DNA from: Epiperipatus broadwayi
Lineage: Eukaryota > Animalia > Onychophora
Assembly: GCA_028023455.1 (NCBI GenBank)
Contig: JAQFVV010000011.1
Span: forward strand, 1,116,001 to 1,180,000
Length of the DNA stretch: 64,000 nt
Reading direction: 5' to 3'
Notes under the pieces: generated by a model
Databases searched by the model: none
What the model saw: the letters and a program-made list of their open reading frames with translations, nothing else
Told to the model about the DNA's origin: nothing
Shown: positions 51,164 to 63,059 of the stretch, in pieces
How the letters are laid out: the number at the start of each line of letters is the position of its first letter
Numbering within the stretch: the first letter of the stretch is position 1
Position numbers and translations under genes: made by a program

Positions 51164-51828
51164 AGCCAATAAACATCCTATGACCACCACCTCTTATGCT
51201 TGTGTATTAGATCCTAAGATCTAGGCGCAGTGCTCTCAGATCCAAGGCACCTCACTGATGAAGGCCACAAGCCAGAAACTAGTCTGGGGATATTGGATGA
51301 GTAGGCACTAGATGGGGATTTTATGCACAAGCCTTCTGGCATCCATTGATTACTCTAGCTTGCTGTGTGTGGCAATACGTATAGTGAGTTTTGCCTGTTT
51401 TAACAACAGTTATACACAAACATAAGAGGTGGTGGTCATTTTATGTTTATTGGCTTAAAACCAATACTGCCTAATAGGATAGTGATGGCTATGGACACCA
51501 AAATATATGGGTACTGAACTGGGTTCAGATCCATATGACTATATAAGCTAATGGGCTTGGATTGAAAATATTAAGGTGTTTTCAGTTTAAGACTCTTAAA
51601 TGGAGATAAAAGTGTTGCTGGAGGGTTGCATTAGATCCTAAGATCTAGGTGCAGTGCTCTCAGATCCAAGGCTCCTCACTGACGAAGGCCACAAGCCAGA
51701 AACTAGTCTGAGGATAATGGATGAGTAAGCACTAGATGGGGATTTTATGCACAAGCCTTCTGGCATCCATTGATTACTCTAGCTTGCTGTGTGTGGCAAT
51801 ACGTATAGTGAGTTTTGCCTGTTTTAAC
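51164..51828 (+). mobile_element. Family B head-to-tail dimer (424-nt unit) with two intact-core hammerheads
   Basis: Cores CTGATGA 51255-51261 and CTGACGA 51679-51685. GUC cleavage at 51284 and 51708. Short inverted tail 51164-51206. 14-bp TSD AACATTTAATATTA at 51150-51163 and 51829-51842. Confidence 0.9.
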
Positions 51829-53309
51829 AACATTTAATATTATTAGATGATGGAAATATCCAGCATATAATTGCTACTAAAACACCATCATCAAAAATCT
51901 TCAGACATACAATGTGTGTGTGTGTGTGTGTGTGTATACTGTAATAATATTTATATGTCCTTTCAAACTGAAAAAAAAACTATCCATGCTGAAAAATATT
52001 ATACCAGAATTGTGATTTATCAATTACAGATTGGAAAAAAGACAATTCAAAAAATGAAGGATTGTCTATAATATATATTTCAATGGTAATGAATTTGGGA
52101 TCAATGAAAGTAGATAGATGGTGATCACAAAAATGGCGCATGAGTAAACAATCGATCAGTTTTAACTTTCGTTATATAAATAAGAGAACAACAAAAATTG
52201 AATGACTGAAATTTTTATTTCAAAGCCTTGTATGAGTTTTTAATGTAAAATTTGAAATTCATCAGGGTAATGAGTCCTCAGTCATGGTCGTAAGAAAAAA
52301 GCACAGATAAATCAAACTTTTCAGAAAGTAACGTCATATTGATTTTTAAATTCTTTTCTTCTTTTGAAAAAAAAACCATAAGATGAGTAATACATGCATC
52401 TCTCAGAAATAAACTGCTAATAGGCTGGTTGTGTTTTAATTTTAAAATAGAAAAGCATCAACTACTGAAGAATAACTATAAATATAGATTGTCAAACCTT
52501 AAAAAATACTTATTCGCATTTTAAGGTGAAGTCGAAAAATTGATTCACAGCTTTTAAAAACTTAATAACTCTAAGAATTTAAATTACTTGAGTAATGAGT
52601 TGAGTCATTCATTGTGAAAACTGTAAATTTAATTATCTGGAACATTTTTTCTAAAAAGTTTTTTTTATTTAAAAACAACAACATTATACTATACTAAAGT
52701 TAGAATGAAAAGCGTTAAATGACAAATAAGTTAATTTTCAAAGTAATTTCTGTACTTAATTAAACAAAATGATTCATAAGTAATTAAAACTAAGTACCAA
52801 TTTTTTAAAATGCGACTTATTTCTAAAAATCTTTAAAAAGTAAAGTTTATAAAAATAGATAAATTAATATAACAAAACATTAACTTTATTAATTGTATAA
52901 TTAATTACATGACCCTATAGCAAATTGGATATTAGAGTTCCACTCATTAGACTAGACAAGAAAAATTTTGCTAGTTTAACATGAGAATCAACTAAACTAT
53001 CCAGGTTTATTGACTTTTAAAAAATTAGATGATTATAAACAAAGTTTAAATTTTTTTTTTGTATAGGGATCATATATATATATAACCATTAGAAATCAGT
53101 CAACACTTAGACAATCCTAATATAGATAACAATCAAGAATTTCAAACTGTTGTCAAGGCAACCTCCTTTTAGCCATAAAGGTGGACTATATATATATTAA
53201 TTTGGTAAAGTATGTTCAAATTGAAGATCAAAGACGTTTATAAATTAGCGCGCATATAAAAAATCAGAGGTATACATATGTGAATATAGTACAGACTATT
53301 TAAGGTTGT

Positions 53310-53680
53310 GGCATAAACACAGAGGAAACAAGAAAAGACAAGGATTGATGCTTATGGAATGAAATGTTATTGGAGAATGCTTATGTTAGCTTGGAGGGCT
53401 AAGAGAACTAATGAATGAGTTTTGCTGAAAGTAGAACTGTTGGCAATGGTAAAGTGAAGAAAATTAGATTCTTTTAAACATGAGACAATCTGATATACTG
53501 GAAAGGATGTCATGATTGGAATTACAAATGGGTCAAGAAAAAAGAGGCTGACCAAAACTGTCATGGGTGAGTAACATCTCAAATAGTTCAGAATTAGATG
53601 TATTGGTGGAAAAGAATCCTGAGAATATTTCATGGATAATGATGGAATAATGAAGAGAGTATAAATGTATACTTTACCAG
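53310..53680 (+). mobile_element. RTE/BovB-like LINE 3' fragment
   Basis: RIDAYGMKCYWRMLMLAWRAKRTNE*VL (cf. RIDAFEMWCWRRML.ISW...TNEEVL). Confidence 0.7.
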
Positions 53681-53966
53681 TTTGTTGCATTATTTATTAA
53701 TTACTATGAATGATGGTATTTAAGTACTTTATATCAGTTCATTTGTCATCAAAAATATAAAATGTAGGTCAAATTCTGAATATGAATTACATATAAGGTG
53801 CACAGGATTTATTTCAAAGGACTAAGCTTGAATTTAAATTATTGCTGCTCAGTTTGAGACAACTAATAAAGGGAATTCTCATAAAAATAACTTTGTGAAT
53901 CTTATATTGATATAATTCACAATTCAAAATTAGTTTGTTATGATAGATTGGCTATCTTAATATAAA

Positions 53967-54694
53967 ACAGGCAAAACTCACTATATATATATATATTGCC
54001 ACACGCAGCAAGCTATATATATATAAATGCCTGCAAAACTCACTATATATATATATATTGCCACACGCAGCAAGCTAGAGTAATAATCAATGGATTCCAG
54101 AAGGCTTGTGCATAAAATCCCCGTCTAGTGCCTACTCATCCAATATCCACAGACTAGTTTCTGGCTTATGGCCTTTGTCAGTGAGGAGCTTTCGATCTGA
54201 GAGCACTGCACCTAGGTCTTAGGATCTAATGCAACCCTTCAGCAACCACCTTTTATCTCCATTTAACTACAAAACTATGAGTCTTAAAGTGAAAACCCCT
54301 TAATGTTTTTAATCCAAGCCCATCAGCTTATATAGTCATATGGGTCTGAACCCAGTTTCAGTACCCATACATTTTTGTGTCTTTGGTTAAAAACCATAGC
54401 CACCACTATCCTATTAGGCAGGATTGGTTTTAAGCCAATAAACATCACATGACAAACACCTCTTATGCTTGTGTATAACTGTTGTTAGAACAGGCAAAAC
54501 TCACTATATATATTGCCACACACAGCAAGCTAGAGTAATCAATAGATGCCAGAAGGTTGTGATTTCTGGCATCCATTGATTACTCTAGCTTGCTGTGTGT
54601 GGCAATATATATATATATATAGTGAGTTTTGCCTGTTTTTAACAACAGTTATACACAAGCATAAGAGGTGGTGGTCATGTGATATTTATTGGCT
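53967..54694. mobile_element. Family B fold-back composite nested inside a family A copy
   Basis: More than one unit on the minus strand (core CTGACAA, 54175-54181) plus an inverted sense arm 54560-54694. 14-bp TSD TATCTTAATATAAA at 53953-53966 and 54695-54708, itself family A sequence. Confidence 0.85.
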
Positions 54695-54950
54695 TATCTT
54701 AATATAAAGCTGAGCACTGATTGTATATATGTGTGGAGATAGTAATCTGGACCAACTGATGATTGCTGTTTTAGCATGAAATATGTATATTGGTGATTAT
54801 TTATTTTTTCAACATGTGTATGATCAGGTGGGTCAGCAATATGAGATGGCCTGGAGATTTGAGAGTCATGTGAAAGTCTGAGTTCGAATCCCTTATATAT
54901 TGCATTATATATGTACAGGTGTGTGTGTAAGCCTGTACAGTGTATTAAAT
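54695..54950 (+). mobile_element. Family A copy with hammerhead
   Basis: GTAATC TGG ACCAA CTGATGA (54756-54762) TTGCTG TTT TAGCAT GAAA TATGTA TA TTGGT GATTAT. B-box GTTCGAATCC 54882-54891. Confidence 0.85.
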
Positions 54951-56501
54951 TTAAAGAATAAGATAATAGAGAGTGCTTAAATGCTTTCATTCATAATATT
55001 ATAAGATATAACTTTGTAATATATTAATTGAATAATTATTTATTGAATATTATTTATTAGGAATATTATATTTATTTTATTGCAAGTGTAATGAAATGAA
55101 ATTAATGGAATATATAAAATTTTAGGTAGGAAAAAATAAAAATTCAGTAGAAAAAGGTGATATAATAAATGGAATGATTAAAGATAGTAGTTGAGATGGT
55201 AAAGGTATCACTTTTCTTAAGAATTTTATATAGAAAATTTTTAAAAAAGCTGGACTTCACCGTTCTAAAAAGTCAGATGAGTTTTAATAATGGATTATCA
55301 TTGAATCATTTATAATCACAAAAAGATATAAGGAGTACTGAACTTTTTCAAAATGTCAATGTCTCATAAACTCAACTTATATATATGTAAAAATCAATTA
55401 TATGCATAAGGTATAAATAAACAAAATAATTCTGAACCATACAATAGGTATAACATTTTAAATAAGTAATACAACAAATTTACTCATCAATTTTTCAAAA
55501 TTCCCAGAGAAGTGATTCATAAATAATAATAATAATGTTTATTAAAATATATTTATTTTATTATTTATTTATTTACATACAACTAAGGTCCCAAACTTAT
55601 ACCATTTGGTTCCTAACTGTCTATAAAGTGATAATTTTAAATCTATATAACATGTATTTCAATACATTTATATAGAACAGGTGTTTTTAACATATAAATT
55701 TATAGATATTAAAACATTAACAAAAATATAAAATAGAATAATGCAATTATAAAAAAAAAAACAATCTTGAAATGGAATAATAAAGATAGAGAGGGCAAAT
55801 ATACTTATGTAAAAATAAATTTAAATGTATTTTTTAAGTAGTACATTCATTTGAACCCACACTCTTTTTCTGACTCAAAAAAGTTACTATCCTTTTTTTA
55901 ATTCTTTTTATGATATAAATTGATAATGGTATGCAAAATACACAATGCCTAAGTGACTTTAATTTTTTTTAAAAATTTCAATTAATACTTGCCTATAGAT
56001 TGCAGCAATAATATTGTACTGTGATTCATAAGATCAAAATTTCAATTAAAATAGTTTCAACTATCCCTTATATGCAGGAAATAATTGGTATCACTACTTT
56101 TGGCATACATTTGCTAAAATGTTTATATAGTCTCAAATGCTTTTAATATAATATAAAACTGCCTACTTTAAGCTTTCTTTTAAATTTGGAAGAATTGCTA
56201 TTATCAATAACTTTTTTTTCTTGAATTCTATATTCCAAACAAACAAACATAATTCAGTGCCTTAATGAAAATTTTAAAATGTGATTGAATGAGCACACGA
56301 AATTTAAAGAGAAAGTTGCAACCAAAAATAATACAAACATGTAACATTTACAAATTTCTAATGTATTTATGAATTTCTTTTTTTTCTTTTTTTTACTAAA
56401 GAGTAGAAAAAAATTGTTAAAATTTTTCTTATTAAATATTTTTTACAATTATTTATGGTGAATCAGTGGGGTTTGAGAGAAGATACAACAATATTGAAAA
56501 G

Positions 56502-56665
56502 TTAGTAATACAGGCAAAACTCTATACATATTGCCACTCAATGCAAGCCATAATAATGGCATCCATTGATTACTCTGGCTTGCACCGAGTGGCAATATGT
56601 ATAGAGAGTTTTGCCTGTATTAATAACAGTTAAGAGCAAGCATAAGAAATAGTGATCATGTGATG
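56502..56665. mobile_element. Family B short fold-back insertion
   Basis: acaggcaaaactct...gcaagcca is inverted against tggcttgcac...gttttgcctgt. 12-bp TSD AATATTGAAAAG at 56490-56501 and 56666-56677. Confidence 0.8.
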
Positions 56666-57341
56666 AATATTGAAAAGATGTTGAAATTATCATTTGCATA
56701 AAATTGTCAACAAATTCAAAGTCAAGAAAAGATATATACCATACCAAATCAATTTTTCTTAAGTTAGTTTAATCAAGATATCAGGTCTCAAAATAAATTA
56801 GTAATTAGCTAAACAATCTAAGATTTTATTATTTTATAACAACAGCTAATGATTTGTAATTTAGACAATAGATTAATTTAAAAATTTAATAATAAATTAT
56901 GAAAAGAAAATCGAGGAAGAGATAATTTTTATTTGAAATCAAGTTTTTTTAATTAAAAGAAGCAAAATGAATTAAATAAGTAAAAGGATTACAGGAAATG
57001 TCCTTATTTTTTAAAGAAATTATTTTAATCAATAAATGTTGCTGTTTGATTTATAATTGTGAGAACTGAATTAAGACAAGTATAATAAGTGGTTATGAAT
57101 ACGACACTTTTCAGCTTTAATTCTTTGCAAGCAGGTTGTGCATATTTGGTTTCATCATTATCTTGTTTTATTACATTTTATTCCTATATTGCTTTTATTC
57201 TGTTATGGTATGATATTTATTTTATTAAATAAAAGAAAAAAAGAATTTGCAATTGGAAACATTTTAGAGGCCTTGAAAGGTTATATTTTGACTTGACCCC
57301 AAGATTTGAACAAAACAAAAATAAATAATTGCTTTTTTCTC

Positions 57342-57735
57342 AAATAATCTTTTAAAATTTTGTCGAGATTATAAAATCTTGATTTATTATTATTCCATAT
57401 CAATAATACATGCAATACATATACTAAGAAAAGCTTGTTTAATACTTTAAAATAAAAATGTTTAACATAGTATGCTGAGCATGCTTTCGATTAACTAGTA
57501 GTCATACTCATTGCTATGAGTGTGACTACTAATTAGTTGAAAGCTATGAGTATGTGGATTAGTTAGTTGAAAGCTATGAGTATGACTACTAGTTAGTTGA
57601 AAGTATGCTTGGCTTATTGTGTTGATGTATTTAACATTTTTATTTTAAAGTATTAAACAAGCTTTTCTTAGTATACATATTGTATGTATTATTTATATTG
57701 AATTACAATTTTTCGAGAAAAGTTTAAAATTACTG
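57342..57735. mobile_element. MITE-like hairpin element with internal ~31-bp tandem repeats
   Basis: About 140-bp inverted arms (tatactaagaaaagcttgtttaatactttaaaataaaaatgt and its complement) around repeats of gaaagctatgagtatgactactagttagtt. Confidence 0.7.
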
Positions 57736-58174
57736 GAATTAAATTATTATTATTATACATATTTTTTTAATGTTTTATATTGCTATAACAAAAAAAAGAT
57801 ATTGCAAAAGATTTAATCTTGCACATATCTAATCACTATGCTTAATATTGACTCATTTCTTTTTTTAAAAAAAACATTATATGCATTAATTGTGATATTA
57901 AATTGTGAATACATATGTAAATGTAAACATTAAGTTAACATTAATGTAAACAATATGTTAAGAGTAAAGAGTTAAGATCTATAATTAAACCTGATAGCTA
58001 TCAATCTGTATCTTACAAAGTAGCTGCTTAAAAAAATTATTATTAAATAATTCTAGTGCAGTAACTTTGTTTCAAAAAGGTCACTTTTATAAAGATTATT
58101 TGAGTGTTGGCTACTCTGATAAATTTGTTAAAAGTATTTTATTTAATAGTAATAATATTTGTAATGATATAAAG

Positions 58175-58572
58175 CAGGGGTCCCCAACCTTTTTGCACTT
58201 AAGAGCACATTCTATAATATCGGCTAGGTAGCAGGCACCATTTATTTTTTCAACAAGATGGTGGTCACCATTTATTTTTTTAATGTAAATTTATAGTTGG
58301 ATATTGTTAATAATACACAAAATGTACAAAAAAATATTTATTTCAAAAATAAAATTTTAACATATAATTAACGTTTATATTTTTACGCTGTAAAAATCTA
58401 GTATGTCCTACAATTTGATTACAATATAATACAATAATTTATAAGAAATTTTAAAAATTAAATTTATTTGTATCAGATAAATAATTTCTAATCTTGTTCG
58501 GATAGCGGCGGGCACACGTAAAATGGTCTGCGGGCGCCATGGTGCCCACAGGCATAGGGTTGAGGACCCCTG
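58175..58572. mobile_element. hAT (Buster/Charlie-type) MITE
   Basis: TIR CAGGGGTCCCCAACC / GGTTGAGGACCCCTG. 8-bp TSD ATATAAAG (58167-58174) and ATGTAAAG (58573-58580) with the central TA typical of Buster elements. Confidence 0.9.
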
Positions 58573-58689
58573 ATGTAAAGAGTAAAAAAAATATGATTTT
58601 ATTTCTTTGCCATTTAAATTGTCTTTTTATAAAACTGTATGTAAAAATAGTAATTTGTTTGGAAATAAGAAATAATAATTTATTAAATA

Positions 58690-59110
58690 ATACAAAGGAA
58701 ATTTTTGATATAAAGACTATTCCTGAAGTAGTGTGTGTTATCCCTTGTTTTTCTAAGAAGGTATATATAGGCCAAAGTAGTTTGAGCTTAAATGAAAGAA
58801 CAAAGGTAGATAAGAGTAGGGTTAGAAAGAATATCTTAGTTCTGCTTTATATATTCATGAAAAAATATAGGTCACATTACTAATTTCGATGAAGCTAAGA
58901 TTGTTCTTCTTTGAGAGAAATGAAATAAAAAGAATTAAAGAGTCTTTATTATTAAAAATTTATGATTCTGAAGCAATTAACTTATTTAAAAGTTCTTTTA
59001 ATATTAAGAATATATGGGAGGTAAGTGTAATTGTGGGTAATGTTTAGCTTAAGTGTTATTTTGTAGTTCTTTACACTTGAGAAGTCTGCTTGCAGCAGTG
59101 AAACAATTGG
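58690..59110 (+). pseudogene. Penelope-like GIY-YIG endonuclease 3' remnant with degenerate pLTR hammerhead
   Basis: VCVIPCFSKKVYIGQSSLSLNER....H..NFDEAKIV...ESL. About 100 bp downstream is CACTTGAGAAGTCTGC TTGCA GCAGT GAAACAATTGG (59075-59110). Confidence 0.7.
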
Positions 59111-60414
59111 CATTCTTGGTAGTCTGGTTCCAATTGTGAATTTGAGATAATTTTGAATATGTAAATGTGTGTACATGCATTATAAGAAATTTATCATTTT
59201 TCAAATGATACATAAAGAATGATTTGAATTATAAAATCTAATTTCACTTAAGGATAACAGTTATATTTTATATGTATTTTAATGAATAACAATCATTAAA
59301 TTCTTATTTATAATTTTTTTACATTCTTGTATGATTTGTTGCAGTGATAAAGTGGCAAACTTCAGGGTTCAAGTTTCGTAGATCACAACAAGTTCTGTAA
59401 CTTCTGTTCCAAGATTTCTTATAAACTCCTGAGCAATAAATCATTAAGACTAAAATATCATAAGTAAAAAGAAATCTTAATGTTTTTAAGCACATTATTT
59501 TTTTTATAAAGTTAACTTTATTAATACCAAATTTTATATAAGTATTAACAAATGTACAAGAGAATGCATTTAATTACATAACATATTATGCACTATGTAT
59601 AAAAATACAGGCAATTGAAGAAATAATATCTTATGTAGGTGGTTGTGCACTTTATTTACAAATTACACACTATTTTTTTTAATTACATTCTTTCATATTA
59701 TTATATTCATCTTCAGACTAGCGTATGTAATGAAAATTGCAACTATGATTATGCTTAGCTATCACAATCAATCGAATTAAATCCAAAAATAAGAGTGTGC
59801 ACCTGGATTGCCACAAATGTTAAATTATCCAAGAACAAATACTATTTAAACTATCTCCATATCTGCTATCCATTGTAAGCTTGAAGTACCAATAGATCTT
59901 AAATGGCAGTGTTTATTAAATTCCTATCTAATATCATGCCCACTCTAGTTTTGTAAGTAAAAAGTTTGAACCTGGATCTAGTACATTTGGATGTTTTAGG
60001 ATCTGATATATTTTTCAGCTGGAAATTAAATTGGTTTGAATCCATCAATCATCTTTGAACTCCCATTTCATCTGAAAAGCTAAAACTCGAATTCAAATCA
60101 GCCTAAGATTTTGAATCCAAGTCAACCTACTCACCTTCAGTTCTTCATTGACTGTAGTTATTTTATTCCCTTTGTTAAGAAAGCTAATAATAACAAATCA
60201 ACAAACTATGAACTTAAAAACAATAAAGTAATACATGAGCAGATCTTGACTTTAGAGCCATTTAGCATTACCAAACTAATTCCAGATCTGGATAGCAATT
60301 TATGCCAGTTGGCTTGAGTTCAAAACCTTAGATTTGAATTTTAAGTTTTATCTTAAGAGATGAAATACAGTTAGTTCATTATTGGGAGTTTATCTGCATT
60401 TCTTTCAACTTTGA

Positions 60415-60530
60415 ATCCTAGCTCTCACTGATAAAGGCAAAAGACAGAAACTCATCTGCAGAAGATAAGGATTGTATCTGTTAATTATTGATTACTAAAG
60501 CTTTTACTAGATGGCACTAGAGCAGAGAAC
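60415..60530 (+). mobile_element. Old degenerate family B core
   Basis: ctctcaCTGATAAaggcaaaagacaGAAActcatctg aligns to the B hammerhead. G8 is mutated and helix III is broken. Confidence 0.5.
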
Positions 60531-62503
60531 TGTTAAGTATGAACTTTTGCATTCTGATAACTAATTATAACAAAGTCTAATAATTGCCTTACACATGCTG
60601 TGTATTCAAGTTTTTTATAATGGATTTTTCTTCTTGGACAAAGTATTTGTGATTATTAATTCTTTAATCATTCACAGATTCAATGTAAGCAAACAATTTA
60701 AAAGATTTACAGCATCAATATTATTATTTCAATTAACTTTGTGCCAAAGTTTAATGCCTCCAAGAAGAATAATTTAGTTTTTAATAGTTTTAATAATACT
60801 ATAATGGCAAGGGAATGAAAGCTTTCTTTCTCTGGTATTTCAGAATCAAATATTTGAGTATATACTATTGTTCAAAGTTTTCATACCGTTAATCTTTCAT
60901 TGAAACATCTAGAAATTCCGAGAATAGAAACTACTAAATTAGACCTCATAATAAATCCAATATCATGCAGATTCCTTTTACTTGATAATATGTTCTTCCA
61001 AAAAATAAAAAAAACATACAGGCATCTATATTTCAAATAAATTTACTTTTCCTCAAGGATAAATTTCAGTGAAGCAGTTATATCAACCCTAAAACTTGGC
61101 AGCTTCTTAGCTGCGTTTTAGATAAAGTTTGCATTTTTCATATACCCATGTTAAAAAAAAAATTAAAGTAATGATCCATGTTACTAACCTATCTCCCACT
61201 TTATCAACATTATTTGCGTTGCTTTAATGAGTAATTGGCTAGGCATGATAATCTAACTGGACTGTGAAAAAGAAGATCTTTTTAAGCCAGGCTTATTAGT
61301 TCTCTTCTACTTTCATGATAGAGAGAGGATTCCCTAAATCAAGCTGCCTAAATATACAATACTTTCAAAGTAAAAACTTGATATGGGAGAGATTTCCTAA
61401 TGAGCCATTATTGATTGTACTACGTGATTCTAAGGTTTATAATTAAGGACTGCCAATGCCCTAAACTTGTCTTCATCACTGCTTTTATCAGTGTTAAGGT
61501 TATGATGCACACACACACACAAATTACGGGAAAAAGAATGAAATCAGAAATGCTATGTATGTAGCTAAAGAATGGAAATGCTGTATATAACTAAGACATG
61601 AAAATATAGTAAAAAGAATCATAAAGAAAGAATCAAAATCCTTTATATATCAGATGTGCTAAATGACTTTCATAGAGCGTCTATATATATATATAGCATC
61701 GATTTTTCTATTAACATTTCAAAAAATGTAATTCCTTGGCTTTTGTGTTTTTTTATCAAAGCAAAGGATTCAATAGTCAATGGTATAATGCCAAATATCT
61801 GCCATTGAAATTGAAAAGACGGCCTTGAGTTTTTTTTAAATCAATACTTTTCATTTTGAAAACTTGAGCTTTATTTTGATACCTTTATTATATATTGATT
61901 CTATTTCACTCATTAAAATGAAGTCATTCTTAATGTAAATATATAAACATACATTAATACAATAAATTCAAATGAGTAAATTTTTTGAAATATTTCTTGT
62001 CGCTGAGTACGGTAGAAACATTAACTGCCAATTTCGAATTAAGATATTTTTTTTAGTGATTGCTGAAATTATGTTTATTTTTACAAACTGCTACTCTTTG
62101 AAAGAAAAGATCCATCTTGAAAATTAATAAGTAAAATGTATAAAATTTAAGTATGTATGAGCGTCTACATATATAAGTACGCGCAAGATGCGTATCCTAT
62201 CCATTAACAAATTGCAGAAAAGTGTTTTCTGTTAACTTAACGGAGATACTTTTATTCAACTTTGAGACCTTTAAAGGAAATAAGGAGGACAAACTTCCTA
62301 AAATCCTTTTTATACGATTTTGTTATTGCATCTGTTATTACTAAGCGATTGTTCAAACGGTTAATGAATGTAAATGATTGCACCCCTATATGCATCAACC
62401 AATGTGTTATTTGGGTTTAAGATTAAAAAAAATACCATGATTTCTTTTCAGTTAACTGATACAACAACTGAAATATCAAATGAGTTTTCTTCCCGGTAAG
62501 AAG

Positions 62504-63002
62504 AGTGGGTCCTGATTTAGTTTGCGCTCGTGGCTATTTTGAAATCTTAAAAACCACCGCTGACACATCCAACGGATAAATGACATAAACATCGAATAAA
62601 AGTACTTTTAAATTCATATTTTAGAAATTATAAGATAGTAAAAATAATATTCTTTATTTTATTAATGATTTTTTTTTTTTAATTTACCTTAATAAAACAT
62701 TTGAAATACGACGGCAGGAATATGCAGGAAAAGGGATGGATCATTTGGCCGATACAAAGTATCATCTAAAAGATGTAGAAGTATGATCAAACCAAGCTTA
62801 TAATTTCGAAATACTAAAAGATTACACTATATACCCTTATAAAATAAAGCATATTATTTTTGCTAACTTACAATTTCTAAAATATGAATTTAAAGTACTT
62901 TTATTCAATATTTGTGTCATTTATCGCTTGGATGTGTCAGCAGTGGTTTTGGCTGGACTTTAAATTTCAAAATGGCCGTGAACGCAAAATAAATTGGCAC
63001 TG
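62504..63002. mobile_element. MITE with ~170-bp imperfect TIRs
   Basis: ctgacacatccaacggataaatgaca...aataaaagtactttaaattcatattttagaaatt is mirrored at ~62860-62945, and the outer arms also match. Confidence 0.75.
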
Positions 63003-63059
63003 AAGAATGTGTGTAAATAATTTTATTAGATATTTACAATCATGTCAAACAAAACTAAG

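Noticed and set aside
52120-52170. AAAATGGCG (YY1-like) plus ATCGAT as a promoter
   Set aside because: Short motifs with no adjoining gene evidence. They are common at TE ends and by chance.
52200-52270. Minus-strand CTGATGA...GAAA at ~52259
   Set aside because: No convincing helix II or helix I pairing and no cleavage triplet. The isolated CTGATGA hits at ~18348, ~33717 and ~36773 fail in the same way.
57480-57610. CRISPR-like 31-bp repeats
   Set aside because: Contiguous tandem units with no unique spacers, eukaryotic context and no cas genes.
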